Origin: Terracidiphilus sp.
GTDB lineage: Bacteria > Acidobacteriota > Terriglobia > Terriglobales > Acidobacteriaceae
DNA: 64,000 nt
Assembly (NCBI GenBank): GCA_035263625.1
Contig: DATFRB010000033.1
Coordinates: forward strand, 53,539 to 117,538
Direction: 5' to 3'
Shown in pieces: positions 1 through 9,645 of this stretch. Positions within the stretch are counted from its first letter, which is position 1. Each line of letters starts with the position of its first letter. A model generated the notes under the pieces. It searched no databases, was not told where the DNA came from, and was given only the letters and a program-made list of their open reading frames with translations. Made by a program: the position numbers and the translations under genes.

Positions 1-204
1 TTTGGTCCACTCATCGCCAGAAGCTTTGTAAGTTAGAACGAGTCAGGCTATGCGCTCAAGCCTTGGCCCTAGTCCGCTATTTTAACGGTCACGGCGCGAG
101 TGGGGGCGGATTGTCGCGCAACCGGAAGTTACCCAAGTGTTCGAGTACCGGGTTGATCATCATGGCAGAGGACAATGATCAGTGTTCGGCGGTCACGGCG
201 GCCA

Positions 205-2424
205 TTAGCTGTTCGCAGGCGCTTCGTCGAGGGCTTTGAGGAGGGATTCGGCGTCGGTGACGGGGGGCAGGCAGGTGCGGTGGCGGCAGACGATGGCCCA
301 CGCCGCGGCGCCGCTGGGCACGGGGACGGAGAGGAGCGTTTCGGCCAATGCTTCGGGGATGCTTCCGGGGACGATGTGAGACGCGTCCAGGCGCACGACC
401 GTTTTTTGCACGCCGAAGCGGGCGACGGCGGTGGCTTCTAGACGCGCGGCTTCGGGGCCGGAGCCGACGACAATTACCTGGACGGGATCCTGAAGAAAGC
501 GTTCGAGGGCGAGGCCGTAGCTGCCTGCGTAGAGGCCGAAATGCTCGACGATGCCGGCGAATGAGCCGAGCGTGTCTTCGGCGATCTCGCGGTACTCCTG
601 CTTTCCTGAGAGCGTTTCGAGGCGTAGCAAAGCGGACGCGGCGGTGGGATTGCCGGCCGGGGTGGGGGTGTCCTGAAGGGGCTTGCGACGGGCCGTAAGT
701 GCGCCGATCTGAGATTCTGAATGATCGGCCGATGTGTCGTAGAAAGCCCCCGCGGTTCGATCGTAGAAGCGGGCGATCATGGCGTCGGCGAGGGTGACGG
801 CGGCCTGGTAGAACTCCCTGCGGCCGCTCGAGAACCATCCGTCGACGCAGGCGTGAATGGTGAAGGCGTAGTCGTCGAGCGTGCCGGGGATGCGGGCGGG
901 CGCGTCACTTCCATGCTCGCCCCGTGTTTCCCGTGCTTCTGGTGCGTCCGGGTACGCGATGACGTGGTGGAGCAGGCCGGCGCCGGACCATGCGTCGGAG
1001 AGGAGGCGGCGGAGCGTGAGAAGAGCAAAGTTGCGCGCGGCATCGTTGCGCAGGACGGTCGCCGCCTCAAGGTAAGCGGTGATGGCCATCGCGTTCCAGC
1101 CGGTGTAGAGCGTGCGGTCGATGAAGGGTGTTGGGCGCTGGGCGCGTGCTGCGAGAAGCTTGCGACGCGCCGATGCGAGCAGGCGGTTGAAATCTTCAAG
1201 CGGAACGCCGGTCTGCGCGGCCGCCTGCTCGCGCGTGAGTTTTACGTGGAGGACATTTTTCGCCGGGTTGTGGTGCATGTCGCCGAGCTCGCCGATGTCG
1301 TAGTAGAGCGACGCGACCTCGAGCTCTTCGTGGGTGAGCACGGCGCGGGCTTCTTCGAGCGTCCAGGTGAAATAGTCGCCGTCGTCGTCGAGATTGATGT
1401 CGGCGTCCTGCGAGGCGTAGAAGCCGCCGTGCTCGCGATCGGTCATGGTCGAGTCGAGCCATGCGATGATCTCTTCGGCTACGGTCTTGAAGTCCTCGCG
1501 CTCGTAGCTCTGAAAGGCGTGCACGTAGTTGCGCAGGAGCTCGGTGTTGTCGTAGAGCATCTTCTCGAAGTGCGGAACGATCCACTGCTCATCGACCGAG
1601 TAGCGGTGGAATCCGCCGGCGAGCTGGTCGTAGACGCCGCCGCGGGCCATTTTTTCGAGCGTGACGAGAAACGCATTGCCGGCCTGCTCGTTGTTGCGGT
1701 GCATGGCGATCTGAAGCAGCAGGTCGAGTGCGGCTGGATGCGGGAACTTGGGCTGCGAGCCGAAGCCGCCGTTGCGGGGGTCGAACTGCGAGAGCGCGGA
1801 GCCGGCGATCTTGTCCGCGAGCGAAAGCGTGAGTTCGCCGCCGCGGCCCGAGAAGCTCTCGTTGTGCTCGATGGCTGCCATGACGCTGGAGGCGGAATCG
1901 AGGGCTTCGTTCTTGCGGTCGCGCCACACCTGCGCCATGGTCAGCAGGACGCGGCCGAAGCCGGGGCGGCCGTATCGGTCATCGCGCGGGAAATATGTTC
2001 CGCCGAAGTAGGGGCGGCCGTCGGGCGTGAGGAACGCGGTGAGGGGCCATCCGCCCTGACCGCTGATGGCCTGCACGGCGGCCTGGTAGCGGGTGTCGAC
2101 GTCGGGGCGCTCGTCGCGGTCCACTTTTACGGGCACGAAGTGGTCGTTGATGATGCGCGCCATCTCGGCGTCTTCGTAGGATTCGCGGTCCATGACGTGG
2201 CACCAGTGGCACCAGACCGCGCCGATGTCGAGAAGGATGGGCTTGTCCTCAGCCTGCGCGCGCGCGAATGCCTGCGGACTCCACGGCTGCCACTGCACGG
2301 GCTGATGCCGCGCCGAGCGCAGATAGGATGATGACGAATGTTCGAGCTGATTGGCGGCGCCGGCGGACGTGGAATCCTCTTGGTGCATGGCCCGAGAATA
2401 AATTGTCGAAGGGTGAGGCGTCAC
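205..2424 (-). CDS. Thioredoxin-domain protein, YyaL/SPATA20 (DUF255 + alpha/alpha-barrel) family
   Basis: 739-aa ORF with NQLEHSSSSYLRSARHQPVQW, the WCHWCHVM thioredoxin motif, GGWPLT and HFEKMLYDN. The GTG start overlaps the stop of the upstream peroxidase (GTGA); an alternative ATG lies at 2388. Confidence 0.9.
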   Translation of the reverse strand: MTPHPSTIYSRAMHQEDSTSAGAANQLEHSSSSYLRSARHQPVQWQPWSPQAFARAQAEDKPILLDIGAVWCHWCHVMDRESYEDAEMARIINDHFVPVKVDRDERPDVDTRYQAAVQAISGQGGWPLTAFLTPDGRPYFGGTYFPRDDRYGRPGFGRVLLTMAQVWRDRKNEALDSASSVMAAIEHNESFSGRGGELTLSLADKIAGSALSQFDPRNGGFGSQPKFPHPAALDLLLQIAMHRNNEQAGNAFLVTLEKMARGGVYDQLAGGFHRYSVDEQWIVPHFEKMLYDNTELLRNYVHAFQSYEREDFKTVAEEIIAWLDSTMTDREHGGFYASQDADINLDDDGDYFTWTLEEARAVLTHEELEVASLYYDIGELGDMHHNPAKNVLHVKLTREQAAAQTGVPLEDFNRLLASARRKLLAARAQRPTPFIDRTLYTGWNAMAITAYLEAATVLRNDAARNFALLTLRRLLSDAWSGAGLLHHVIAYPDAPEARETRGEHGSDAPARIPGTLDDYAFTIHACVDGWFSSGRREFYQAAVTLADAMIARFYDRTAGAFYDTSADHSESQIGALTARRKPLQDTPTPAGNPTAASALLRLETLSGKQEYREIAEDTLGSFAGIVEHFGLYAGSYGLALERFLQDPVQVIVVGSGPEAARLEATAVARFGVQKTVVRLDASHIVPGSIPEALAETLLSVPVPSGAAAWAIVCRHRTCLPPVTDAESLLKALDEAPANS

Positions 2425-2981
2425 TCTCCGTCGTCAGCGAGTTCGGCCTCGATGGCCTCGGTGAGGCGCGGATCGAAGGGCTGCGTGTCGGGTGCGAATC
2501 GCGCGGCGATTTCACCGTCGCGCGCGACGAGGAACTTTTCGAAGTTCCACAGGATCTCGGGCTCGGCGTTGGGATGGATGCCGTATTTGCGGAGGTCGTC
2601 GGCAAAGGGCTTTTCGCCGGTGCTGATGGCGCGGGGCTCAGCGGCTATGAGCGCGGCGTAGAGGGGATGTTTTTGCGGGCCGACAACGGGGATCTTTTCG
2701 AACATGGGAAAGTCGACGCCGTAATTTGTGGCGCAGAAATTCCGGATGTCGTCGGAGGTGCCGGGTTCCTGGCCTAAGAAGTCGTTGGAGGGAAATCCGG
2801 CGATGACGAAACCGCGTTCGCGGTAGTGCGCGTAGAGGCGCTCGAGGCCTTCGTACTGCGGCGTGAGGCCGCACTTTGAAGCCACGTTGACAATGAGGAG
2901 CACCTTGCCCTTGAACGGCGCGAGGGATGATTGCTGGCCGGAGAGCGTGTGCACAGGGATGTCGTAGATGGATACGGTCAT
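2421..2981 (-). CDS. Glutathione/thioredoxin peroxidase (Cys-type GPx, BtuE-like)
   Basis: Motifs NVASKCGLTPQY, GFPSNDF and WNFEKFLV. Confidence 0.93.
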   Translation of the reverse strand: MTVSIYDIPVHTLSGQQSSLAPFKGKVLLIVNVASKCGLTPQYEGLERLYAHYRERGFVIAGFPSNDFLGQEPGTSDDIRNFCATNYGVDFPMFEKIPVVGPQKHPLYAALIAAEPRAISTGEKPFADDLRKYGIHPNAEPEILWNFEKFLVARDGEIAARFAPDTQPFDPRLTEAIEAELADDGE

Positions 2982-3007
2982 ATGCGATGTTTGCCTGATC
3001 TCATGAT

Positions 3008-3045
3008 AAGCGGCGGATGCGGAGATGAACTGCGATCCGCCGCTT
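3008..3045. terminator. 11-bp stem-loop downstream of asnB
   Basis: aagcggcggat (3008-3018) pairs with atccgccgctt (3035-3045), just after the asnB stop. The U-tract is weak. Confidence 0.45.
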
Positions 3046-3050
3046 CAGTG

Positions 3051-5024
3051 TCAGAGAGCGGCCACCTCTTCGGCGGCGACAGTGGCTGCTTCGCGGCTGG
3101 ATGAAATGCCGAAGCGGTCGTGAAGCACGCACAGGCTGAGGATGTACATGAGGATCTGGTCGTTGGCCGTGCGCGCTCCCGTGTCCATGGAGGGCAGGCG
3201 GTCGAGCAATTCGACTACACGCTTCTGATCGAAGAAGGGCATGTCGCGCAGTGTTGCGCCACGCAGCGTGTCCTGCACGAAGACCTGGAACGTGCCGTCA
3301 GGGTGCTGCGTTGCAGGCGGGCTCAGAAAGGGATGCTTCTGGCGGCGGTAGACCGTGTCGGTGATGACGTCTTTCACCGCTTCGCGGAGAACGAACTTCT
3401 CGGTCATGCCGCGGACCTTCATGTTGACGGGCTGCGAAGCGAGCAGTTCGACGACCTTGTGATCGAGGAACGGGACGCGGCCTTCGATGGAGTGGCCCAT
3501 CTCCATGCGGTCGCCCAGCATGGTGAGGATGTAGCCGGCCATGACGGTTTTGGCCCAGAGATAGAGCGACTGGTTGAGCGGATCACGGCCGGTGAGCTGG
3601 CGGCGCACGTCTGTATCGTCCAAGATCGCGAAGTCTCCTTCGAGATGGCCGTAGCGCGAGTGGAAATCTGGCGCGAGAAGCGGGCGAAGCTTGACCATGC
3701 GCGACGAAAACGTTTCGATCCACGAGGGCACGTAGCCGAGGACGCGCTTGACGCCTTCGAGATTGCCGATTTCGCCGTCGGGCAGAAGGAGCCCGCGGGA
3801 GACGGAGTTGTGCTCCTCGAGCCACGTGAGCAGTTGCTGAATCGCTTCAGGGTCCTGGCCTTCGCGGTTGTAGAGCAGCATGTCGCGACGGAAGTGCGGA
3901 TAGCCGCCGAGGATCTCGTCGGAACCTTCGCCGGTGATGACGACCTTGTAGCCCGCGTCGCGCACGGCGCGGCTAAGGAGATACTTGGCCACTCCATGCG
4001 CGTTGACGCAGGTTGTCTCAGACTGGGCAATCGCGTCGGAAAAGGCATCGGCCAGGTCGCGCTGCGCGATGGGAATGGCGTTGAACTCGGCTCCGGCTTT
4101 GGCGGCCATTTCGCGGGCGATCGGGCCTTCGTCGTAGTCCGCGTCTTCGAATGTGAGGGTGAACGCGCGGATCGGGTCGGGATGGTGTCGCGCGGCGAGG
4201 CCGAGCACGGAGCACGAATCGAGGCCTCCGCTGAGATACACGCCGACGGGGACGTCTGCGCGAAGACGGATGCGGACTGCTTCTTCGAAGACCTCGCGGA
4301 ACTCGGCGGCGTAGTCGGCGTCGGAGCGCGCGGGAGAGGACTGCGCTGCCGACGGGTAGTTGAAGTCCCAGTACTGGTTGAGCTGAACGTGTTTTTCAGT
4401 TGCCAGCATGTAGTAGCCGGGCGGCACCTGGAACACGCCGTCGTAGATGGTGCGAACCTGGTGGCCGCCGAACGACATGGAGTGATAGACGGCCTCCTCA
4501 TCCCATCGCGCGGGGACGCCCGCGGCGAAGAGAGCTTTTGCTTCAGATGCGAGATAGAGCGTGTCGCCGAGCCATGCGTAGAAGAGCGGCTTGATGCCAA
4601 AGCGGTCGCGAGCCGCGAAGAGGCGCCGGCGGTTTTCGTCCCACAGCACGAGGGCGAACTCGCCGCGCAGGTGATGCAGGCACTGGGTGCCGAAGTCCTC
4701 ATAGAGGTGCACGGCGATCTCGCTGTCGGTGCGCGTGCGCAGGTGGTGGCCGCGGTCCTGGAGCTCGCGGCGAATCGCTTCGTAGCCGTAGAACTCGCCG
4801 TTCACGACGATGTGCGTGCGGCCGTCTTCGCTGGAGATGGGCTGGTCGCCGGTGGTGAGGTCGATGATGCTGAGGCGCGCGTGGCCGAGGCCGACTCTGC
4901 GGTCAGAGGAGATCCAATTGCGTTGGCCGTCGGGGCCGCGGTGATAGAGGGTTCGTGTTGCGCGCTCGATTGTTGACGGCGAGACAGGTTCGCGGCGCGA
5001 GAAGACGGCGACGATTCCGCACAT
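3051..5024 (-). CDS. asnB: Asparagine synthase (glutamine-hydrolysing)
   Basis: N-terminal MCGI nucleophile, HRGPD, RLSIID, NGEFY, RDRFGIKPLF, LSGGLDS, SGE-like TGEGSDE and EGRVPFLD. Confidence 0.93.
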   Translation of the reverse strand: MCGIVAVFSRREPVSPSTIERATRTLYHRGPDGQRNWISSDRRVGLGHARLSIIDLTTGDQPISSEDGRTHIVVNGEFYGYEAIRRELQDRGHHLRTRTDSEIAVHLYEDFGTQCLHHLRGEFALVLWDENRRRLFAARDRFGIKPLFYAWLGDTLYLASEAKALFAAGVPARWDEEAVYHSMSFGGHQVRTIYDGVFQVPPGYYMLATEKHVQLNQYWDFNYPSAAQSSPARSDADYAAEFREVFEEAVRIRLRADVPVGVYLSGGLDSCSVLGLAARHHPDPIRAFTLTFEDADYDEGPIAREMAAKAGAEFNAIPIAQRDLADAFSDAIAQSETTCVNAHGVAKYLLSRAVRDAGYKVVITGEGSDEILGGYPHFRRDMLLYNREGQDPEAIQQLLTWLEEHNSVSRGLLLPDGEIGNLEGVKRVLGYVPSWIETFSSRMVKLRPLLAPDFHSRYGHLEGDFAILDDTDVRRQLTGRDPLNQSLYLWAKTVMAGYILTMLGDRMEMGHSIEGRVPFLDHKVVELLASQPVNMKVRGMTEKFVLREAVKDVITDTVYRRQKHPFLSPPATQHPDGTFQVFVQDTLRGATLRDMPFFDQKRVVELLDRLPSMDTGARTANDQILMYILSLCVLHDRFGISSSREAATVAAEEVAAL

Positions 5025-5161
5025 GGCTTGTCCTTTGCAGATTTCCCCAGGGAAAATACGCGCTGATTCAGAAGAACGCGTGAAATGTGGATCGATTATT
5101 CCATCCGAAGAGCGGGACGAGCCAGAGAATTCTTTTCAGGCGGGGCTGATGCGGCACGTGC

Positions 5162-6190
5162 TCAGGAGAGCAGCTCCTTTGCGACGCGAACGTAGAGATC
5201 GACGGCTTCGAGCAGTTCCCTCTTCGCGATCTTCTCGCCGGGCGTGTGCGCTACGTGAATCGAACCGGGCCCGAGCAGCAGCGGCTCACCCCAGTTGGAA
5301 AGCCATGGAATATCGGTGGTGAACTTGGCGATCATGGTGGGGAGGCCGGGAACGGAGCGGAGGCGCACGAAGGGAATCTCGAGCGTGAAGTCGACGTCGG
5401 CAAGGCCTGCGCACGCTTCGAGGATCGCGGCGCGGACGGGAGCGGAGTCACCCACAAGGCGCGTGAGGACCTGGGCCTCAGCGGCATCGGCGATGACGTT
5501 GGGCGCGCGGCCTCCGCTGATGAGGCCGATGTTCAGCGTGGATGGGCCGATATCTTCGGTCACCGGGAGGTCGAGTTCGAGCAGGCGGGCGAGAGCCTTC
5601 ACGAGTTTGTGCACCGCGCTGTCGCCGAGCTCGGGATAGGCCGAGTGCGCCATGATCCCGGTCGAACGCAAGATGGCGCGGAGAGTTCCCTTGGTCGCAA
5701 CACCGAGACGGTTGTCGGTCGGCTCGCCATTGATCAGGAAGCGGCTGCCCTTGGGATTCTCATTGGCGACCTTGGCGCCGGCCGAGTCGCGCTCCTCGCC
5801 CGAGACAAAAAGCAGGCCAACGCGGAAGCCTTCAGCACGGAGAGCTTCGGCGGCGGCCACCTGCGCGGCGATGATTCCCTTGGCATCGCACACGCCGCGG
5901 CCGTGGAGAAACTCGCCGTCGTCGCGGAAGGGCAGGTGCGGCGGGACGGTGTCCATGTGGGTTGAGAAAACAAGATCCGGTGTCCCGGGCGGCCCGGCAT
6001 AGACATTCCAGCGGGGGCCGGTGGGTGCACTGTCGGTCGGAGGGGGGACCTGCATCTTTTCCACTTCCCAGCCGCGCTCCGCCAGGAATGTGGCGAGGAA
6101 GTCGCCCACCGCGCCCTCGTGGTAGGTAACGGATTCGATTTCAACCAGTTCGCGCGTCAGGCGGATGGGATCGAGCGGCGCTTGGGACAT
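5162..6190 (-). CDS. M20 family metallo-hydrolase (ArgE/DapE-like deacylase)
   Basis: Motifs STHMDTVP, GRGVCDAKG, GEE, NGEPT, AHSAYPELG and HTPGE. Start set at the ATG at 6190 (MSQAP). Confidence 0.9.
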   Translation of the reverse strand: MSQAPLDPIRLTRELVEIESVTYHEGAVGDFLATFLAERGWEVEKMQVPPPTDSAPTGPRWNVYAGPPGTPDLVFSTHMDTVPPHLPFRDDGEFLHGRGVCDAKGIIAAQVAAAEALRAEGFRVGLLFVSGEERDSAGAKVANENPKGSRFLINGEPTDNRLGVATKGTLRAILRSTGIMAHSAYPELGDSAVHKLVKALARLLELDLPVTEDIGPSTLNIGLISGGRAPNVIADAAEAQVLTRLVGDSAPVRAAILEACAGLADVDFTLEIPFVRLRSVPGLPTMIAKFTTDIPWLSNWGEPLLLGPGSIHVAHTPGEKIAKRELLEAVDLYVRVAKELLS

Positions 6191-6262
6191 GATGGAGCAA
6201 GGATAACGCAGCGGCGGCAAGGCCCCGGCGGATGGCGCGGCGGCAACCGGAACAGCGATACA

Positions 6263-6970
6263 ATGATGGATGGAATGATCCCCCGTTTGTTAGTCGATTT
6301 ACCCTCCGAACCGCCGCAAGCCCCGCGGGTGAGGAGCATCGATTTGCGGGGTCCGGCGGGCCGGCTCGAAGCGATACTCAACGAAGGAATGCCCGAGGCG
6401 CGGTTTGCTGCAGTTGTCTGCCACCCGCACCCGATGGGCGGCGGAACCCTCCACAATAAGGTGGTGTACCACGCGATGAAGGCGCTGAATGCGCCGGAGC
6501 GAGGCCTGGGCTGGCCGGTGCTGCGCTTCAACTTCCGCGGCACAGGATTGAGCGAGGGCGAGCATGACGGACATGCGGAGGCCGGCGACGTGCTTGCCGC
6601 GCTGGACTGGCTTGCGGCTACATATCGGCTGCCGATGGTTCTGGCGGGTTTCAGCTTTGGCGCTGCAATGGCTCTTGGAGCTCTAATGGAAGGCCGGCAC
6701 AATGTGAGGGCCGTTGCGGCGCTTGGGCTGCCCACACTTGCCGGAGGGCGTTCATACCGTTATTCATTTTTGAAGGACCTCAGGATCCCGAAGCTGTTTT
6801 TGAGCGGCGACAGCGACCAGTTTGCGCCTCGCGCGGAGCTGGAGCGCGTTGCCGCGGAGGCATCGGATCCGAAACAGATCGTCTTTATCCCCGGCGCCGA
6901 TCATTTTTTTACCGGCCGGCTTGAGCCGATGCAGGATGCATTGGTGAGCTGGCTGAAGGAGCAAGTCTGA
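6263..6970 (+). CDS. Alpha/beta-fold hydrolase
   Basis: Motifs CHPHPMGGGTLHNKVV, RFNFRGTG, GFSFG nucleophile elbow, GDSDQF and GADHFF. The start is uncertain (6263, 6266 or 6275). Confidence 0.88.
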   Translation: MMDGMIPRLLVDLPSEPPQAPRVRSIDLRGPAGRLEAILNEGMPEARFAAVVCHPHPMGGGTLHNKVVYHAMKALNAPERGLGWPVLRFNFRGTGLSEGEHDGHAEAGDVLAALDWLAATYRLPMVLAGFSFGAAMALGALMEGRHNVRAVAALGLPTLAGGRSYRYSFLKDLRIPKLFLSGDSDQFAPRAELERVAAEASDPKQIVFIPGADHFFTGRLEPMQDALVSWLKEQV

Positions 6971-8418
6971 TGACTCCCGTGAGCGATCTGGCGCTTGAGA
7001 CATTGCATACTACGACGAAGGAAATCTTCAATGGCGCGCTCGCAGCGTGCAGCATTGAATCGGCGTTCGACCGCCGCCTGCGGTTCAACGGCAATTGGCT
7101 GCACAGGCTGATGCCTGACGGCAGCGGCCCGGAGACGATTGATCTTTCCGGCTACAGGCGAGTGTTTGTGATTGCGATCGGCAAGGCGGCGGGGCCGATG
7201 CTCGAGGTACTGCTGGACCGCATGAAGCGGCGCAAGGGACTGCGGGGCATCTGCTGTTCCAACGTGCTGCCGAAGAAACGCAACTGGCGGTTCCGCTACT
7301 TTGAGGGCGGGCACCCCCTGCCGAATGAGGAATCGTTTGCCGCCGCGCGCGCAGCGGTGGCGCTGCTTAAAAAGGCGAGGAGAGACACGCTCGTTGTGTT
7401 CCTCATCTCCGGAGGCGGATCGGCGATCTTTGATCTGCCGATCGACGCAAATATCAGCCTCGGGGACTCGAGGGAATTCCACCAGGCGCTGCTGGCCTCG
7501 GGCGCGCCCATCAACGAGATCAACACGCTGCGCAAGCACTACTCGCAGGTGAAGGGCGGGCGGCTTGCGATGCTGGCGCCGGAATCCATGAAGGTGTCGC
7601 TCCTGCTGCCCGATGTGCCGCTGCGGAGCCTTGACGCGCTCTCTTCGGGACCGACATCGCCCGATCACTCGACGGTCGAGGACGTAAAGGCGATCATCGC
7701 GCGCTACAATCTGGCGGGCAAATTCCCTGCCCCCGTGCGCGCGTTCTTTGAGCGGGACGACATGCCCGAGTCGCCGGGCAATAAAAGCTGGCGGCCTCCG
7801 TTCCTGCCGAAGATTGCGGGCGCGGTGATGGCGAGGCGCATCACCGCCGCGACGTCGATGAAGGGCGAGGACGAGGCCTTCCGCGACTCGGTGTTCGAGA
7901 TTCTGCTCTCGAGCCACGACCTGGTGGAGAATGCGCGGACGCTGGCCGAGAAGGCCGGGTACTATGTCGCCGTGGATAACAGTTGCGATGACTGGGACTA
8001 CGCCGATGCGGCCCGGTACCTGCTGGCGCGTTTTCACACGCTGCGCGAGGCGCATCCGCGGCTGTGCCTGATCTCAGCGGGCGAAGTCACCGTTAACCTG
8101 ACGCGCACGCCGGGAGCGGGCGGGCGCAATCAGCAGTTTGCCCTCGCATGTGCCCTGGAACTCTCGAATCACCATGCGGCGCCGCTGACGGTGCTTAGCG
8201 CGGGCACCGACGGGATCGACGGAAACACGCGGGCAGCCGGGGCGATCGCCGACCCCACGACAGTTGCACGAGCGCAAGCGTTTGCATTCAATCCCGAGGC
8301 GTCGCTGGCGGAATTCAACGCCTGCCCGCTGTTCACGGCTCTGGGCGACTCGGTCGTTACAGGGCCCACGGGCCACAACCTGCGCGACCTGCGATTGCTT
8401 GTCGCCGCGGGCGGGTGA
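6970..8418 (+). CDS. Glycerate kinase type 2 / hydroxypyruvate reductase (DUF4147 + MOFRL)
   Basis: Motifs IGKAAGPM, GGHPLP, LISGGGSA, SQVKGGRLA, GGRNQQ, GTDGIDG and TGHNLRDL. ATG overlaps the upstream TGA. Confidence 0.9.
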   Translation: MTPVSDLALETLHTTTKEIFNGALAACSIESAFDRRLRFNGNWLHRLMPDGSGPETIDLSGYRRVFVIAIGKAAGPMLEVLLDRMKRRKGLRGICCSNVLPKKRNWRFRYFEGGHPLPNEESFAAARAAVALLKKARRDTLVVFLISGGGSAIFDLPIDANISLGDSREFHQALLASGAPINEINTLRKHYSQVKGGRLAMLAPESMKVSLLLPDVPLRSLDALSSGPTSPDHSTVEDVKAIIARYNLAGKFPAPVRAFFERDDMPESPGNKSWRPPFLPKIAGAVMARRITAATSMKGEDEAFRDSVFEILLSSHDLVENARTLAEKAGYYVAVDNSCDDWDYADAARYLLARFHTLREAHPRLCLISAGEVTVNLTRTPGAGGRNQQFALACALELSNHHAAPLTVLSAGTDGIDGNTRAAGAIADPTTVARAQAFAFNPEASLAEFNACPLFTALGDSVVTGPTGHNLRDLRLLVAAGG

Positions 8419-8505
8419 CCGGCGACGGACGGCATTTCGGGACCCGATGCAAGGGACGTGGAAACTTTGCTTTCACATTCCGGCCAACTGCTTTAGCATG
8501 AATGC

Positions 8506-9555
8506 GTGCCCCGTAAAGGAACTCGAAAGACCGTCGCGAAAGCGGCGGATATTCGGACTGTAGCCGCGCTTGCAAAGGTTTCCATCGCCACGGTGTCGAG
8601 AACGATCAATGGGTCACCGGCGGTGAGCGAGCGCTTGACGAAGCGTGTCTGGCAGGCGATCGAGCAGCTCAACTATTTTCCAAACACGCACGCGCGCAGC
8701 CTCGTCTCGGGACGCAGCCGCCTGTTCGGCATCATCGTCGAAAATATCACCAATCCGTTCTTTCCCGAGCTGATCCAGAGCTTCGAAGAAGTCGCCGTCA
8801 AGAATGGATACGAAATCCTCGTGAGCTCTTCGAACAGCGATCCCGCGATCCTCACGACGTGCGTGCGCCGCATGCTCGAGCGCAAGGTGGAAGGCGTCGC
8901 GGTGATGACGTTCGGCGAAGAAGAGCCGGTCCTCGATCACCTTGCCACGCACGACGTTCCGATGGTGCTGGCCGAGTTCAAGCTCGCCGATCCCAAGAGC
9001 AGCACGATTTTGCTGGATTACTCGACCGGCATCCGCGAGGCGGTGAATCACCTGGCCGGGCTGGGCCACAGGAACATTGGATTCCTGGCAGGGCCGCACA
9101 CGCTGCACTCCGCCATAACGCGCGAGAACGACTTTCGCGCAGCGATGCAGTCGGCGGGGCTCACAGTGGATCCGGCGTGGGTGATTATCTGCGATCACAC
9201 GCTGCGCGGCGGCGTAGCCGGATTCGACCGCATGCAGGCGCTGCCCCACCGCCCCACGGCGGTGATCTGCTCGAATGACATGACGGCCATCGGCGTACTT
9301 CGCGCGGCCTACATGAAGGGGCTGCGGGTTCCGCAGGATTTGTCCGTCATCGGGCTCGACGATATCGACTTCGACGAGTTCACGCTGCCGCCGCTCACGA
9401 CGATCCGGCTTTCGCGCAGCGATCTCGCTTTCGCCGCATTCGAGGCGCTGCGGCAGCAGGCTGAAGCCACACCGGGTGACAAAGTCCAGCGCGAGTTCCT
9501 TGTTTCGACCAGCCTCGTGGTCCGCGGGTCGACGGCGCATCCCGGTGGCGCTTAA
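8506..9555 (+). CDS. LacI family transcriptional regulator
   Basis: HTH IRTVAALAKVSIATVSRTIN and hinge YFPNTHARSL, followed by a periplasmic-binding-protein-like domain (NDMTAIG, PPLTTI). Confidence 0.95.
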   Translation: MPRKGTRKTVAKAADIRTVAALAKVSIATVSRTINGSPAVSERLTKRVWQAIEQLNYFPNTHARSLVSGRSRLFGIIVENITNPFFPELIQSFEEVAVKNGYEILVSSSNSDPAILTTCVRRMLERKVEGVAVMTFGEEEPVLDHLATHDVPMVLAEFKLADPKSSTILLDYSTGIREAVNHLAGLGHRNIGFLAGPHTLHSAITRENDFRAAMQSAGLTVDPAWVIICDHTLRGGVAGFDRMQALPHRPTAVICSNDMTAIGVLRAAYMKGLRVPQDLSVIGLDDIDFDEFTLPPLTTIRLSRSDLAFAAFEALRQQAEATPGDKVQREFLVSTSLVVRGSTAHPGGA

Positions 9556-9590
9556 CGCGTTGCGACTAGATTCACAACTGAGATAGAAAA

Positions 9591-9619
9591 CCGAGGCCCG
9601 CCATCATGGCGGGCCTCGG
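9591..9619. terminator. Intrinsic terminator between the convergent lacI-type and xylanase genes
   Basis: 13-bp perfect stem ccgaggcccgcca-tca-tggcgggcctcgg, preceded by aaaa (a U-tract on the minus strand). Confidence 0.75.
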
Positions 9620-9645
9620 CGATTGTGCGGCGAATGTGCGGATGT

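Noticed and set aside
1-14. Possible start of a minus-strand gene (ATG at 14) leaving the window
   Set aside because: Only four codons are visible, so it cannot be supported.
2421-2981. Possible selenoprotein glutathione peroxidase
   Set aside because: The active-site codon encodes Cys (NVASKCG) and there is no in-frame TGA.
3051-5024. AsnB as a lasso-peptide cyclase or secondary-metabolite amidotransferase
   Set aside because: It has an intact N-terminal Cys glutaminase domain, and there is no precursor peptide, B protein or biosynthetic cluster nearby.
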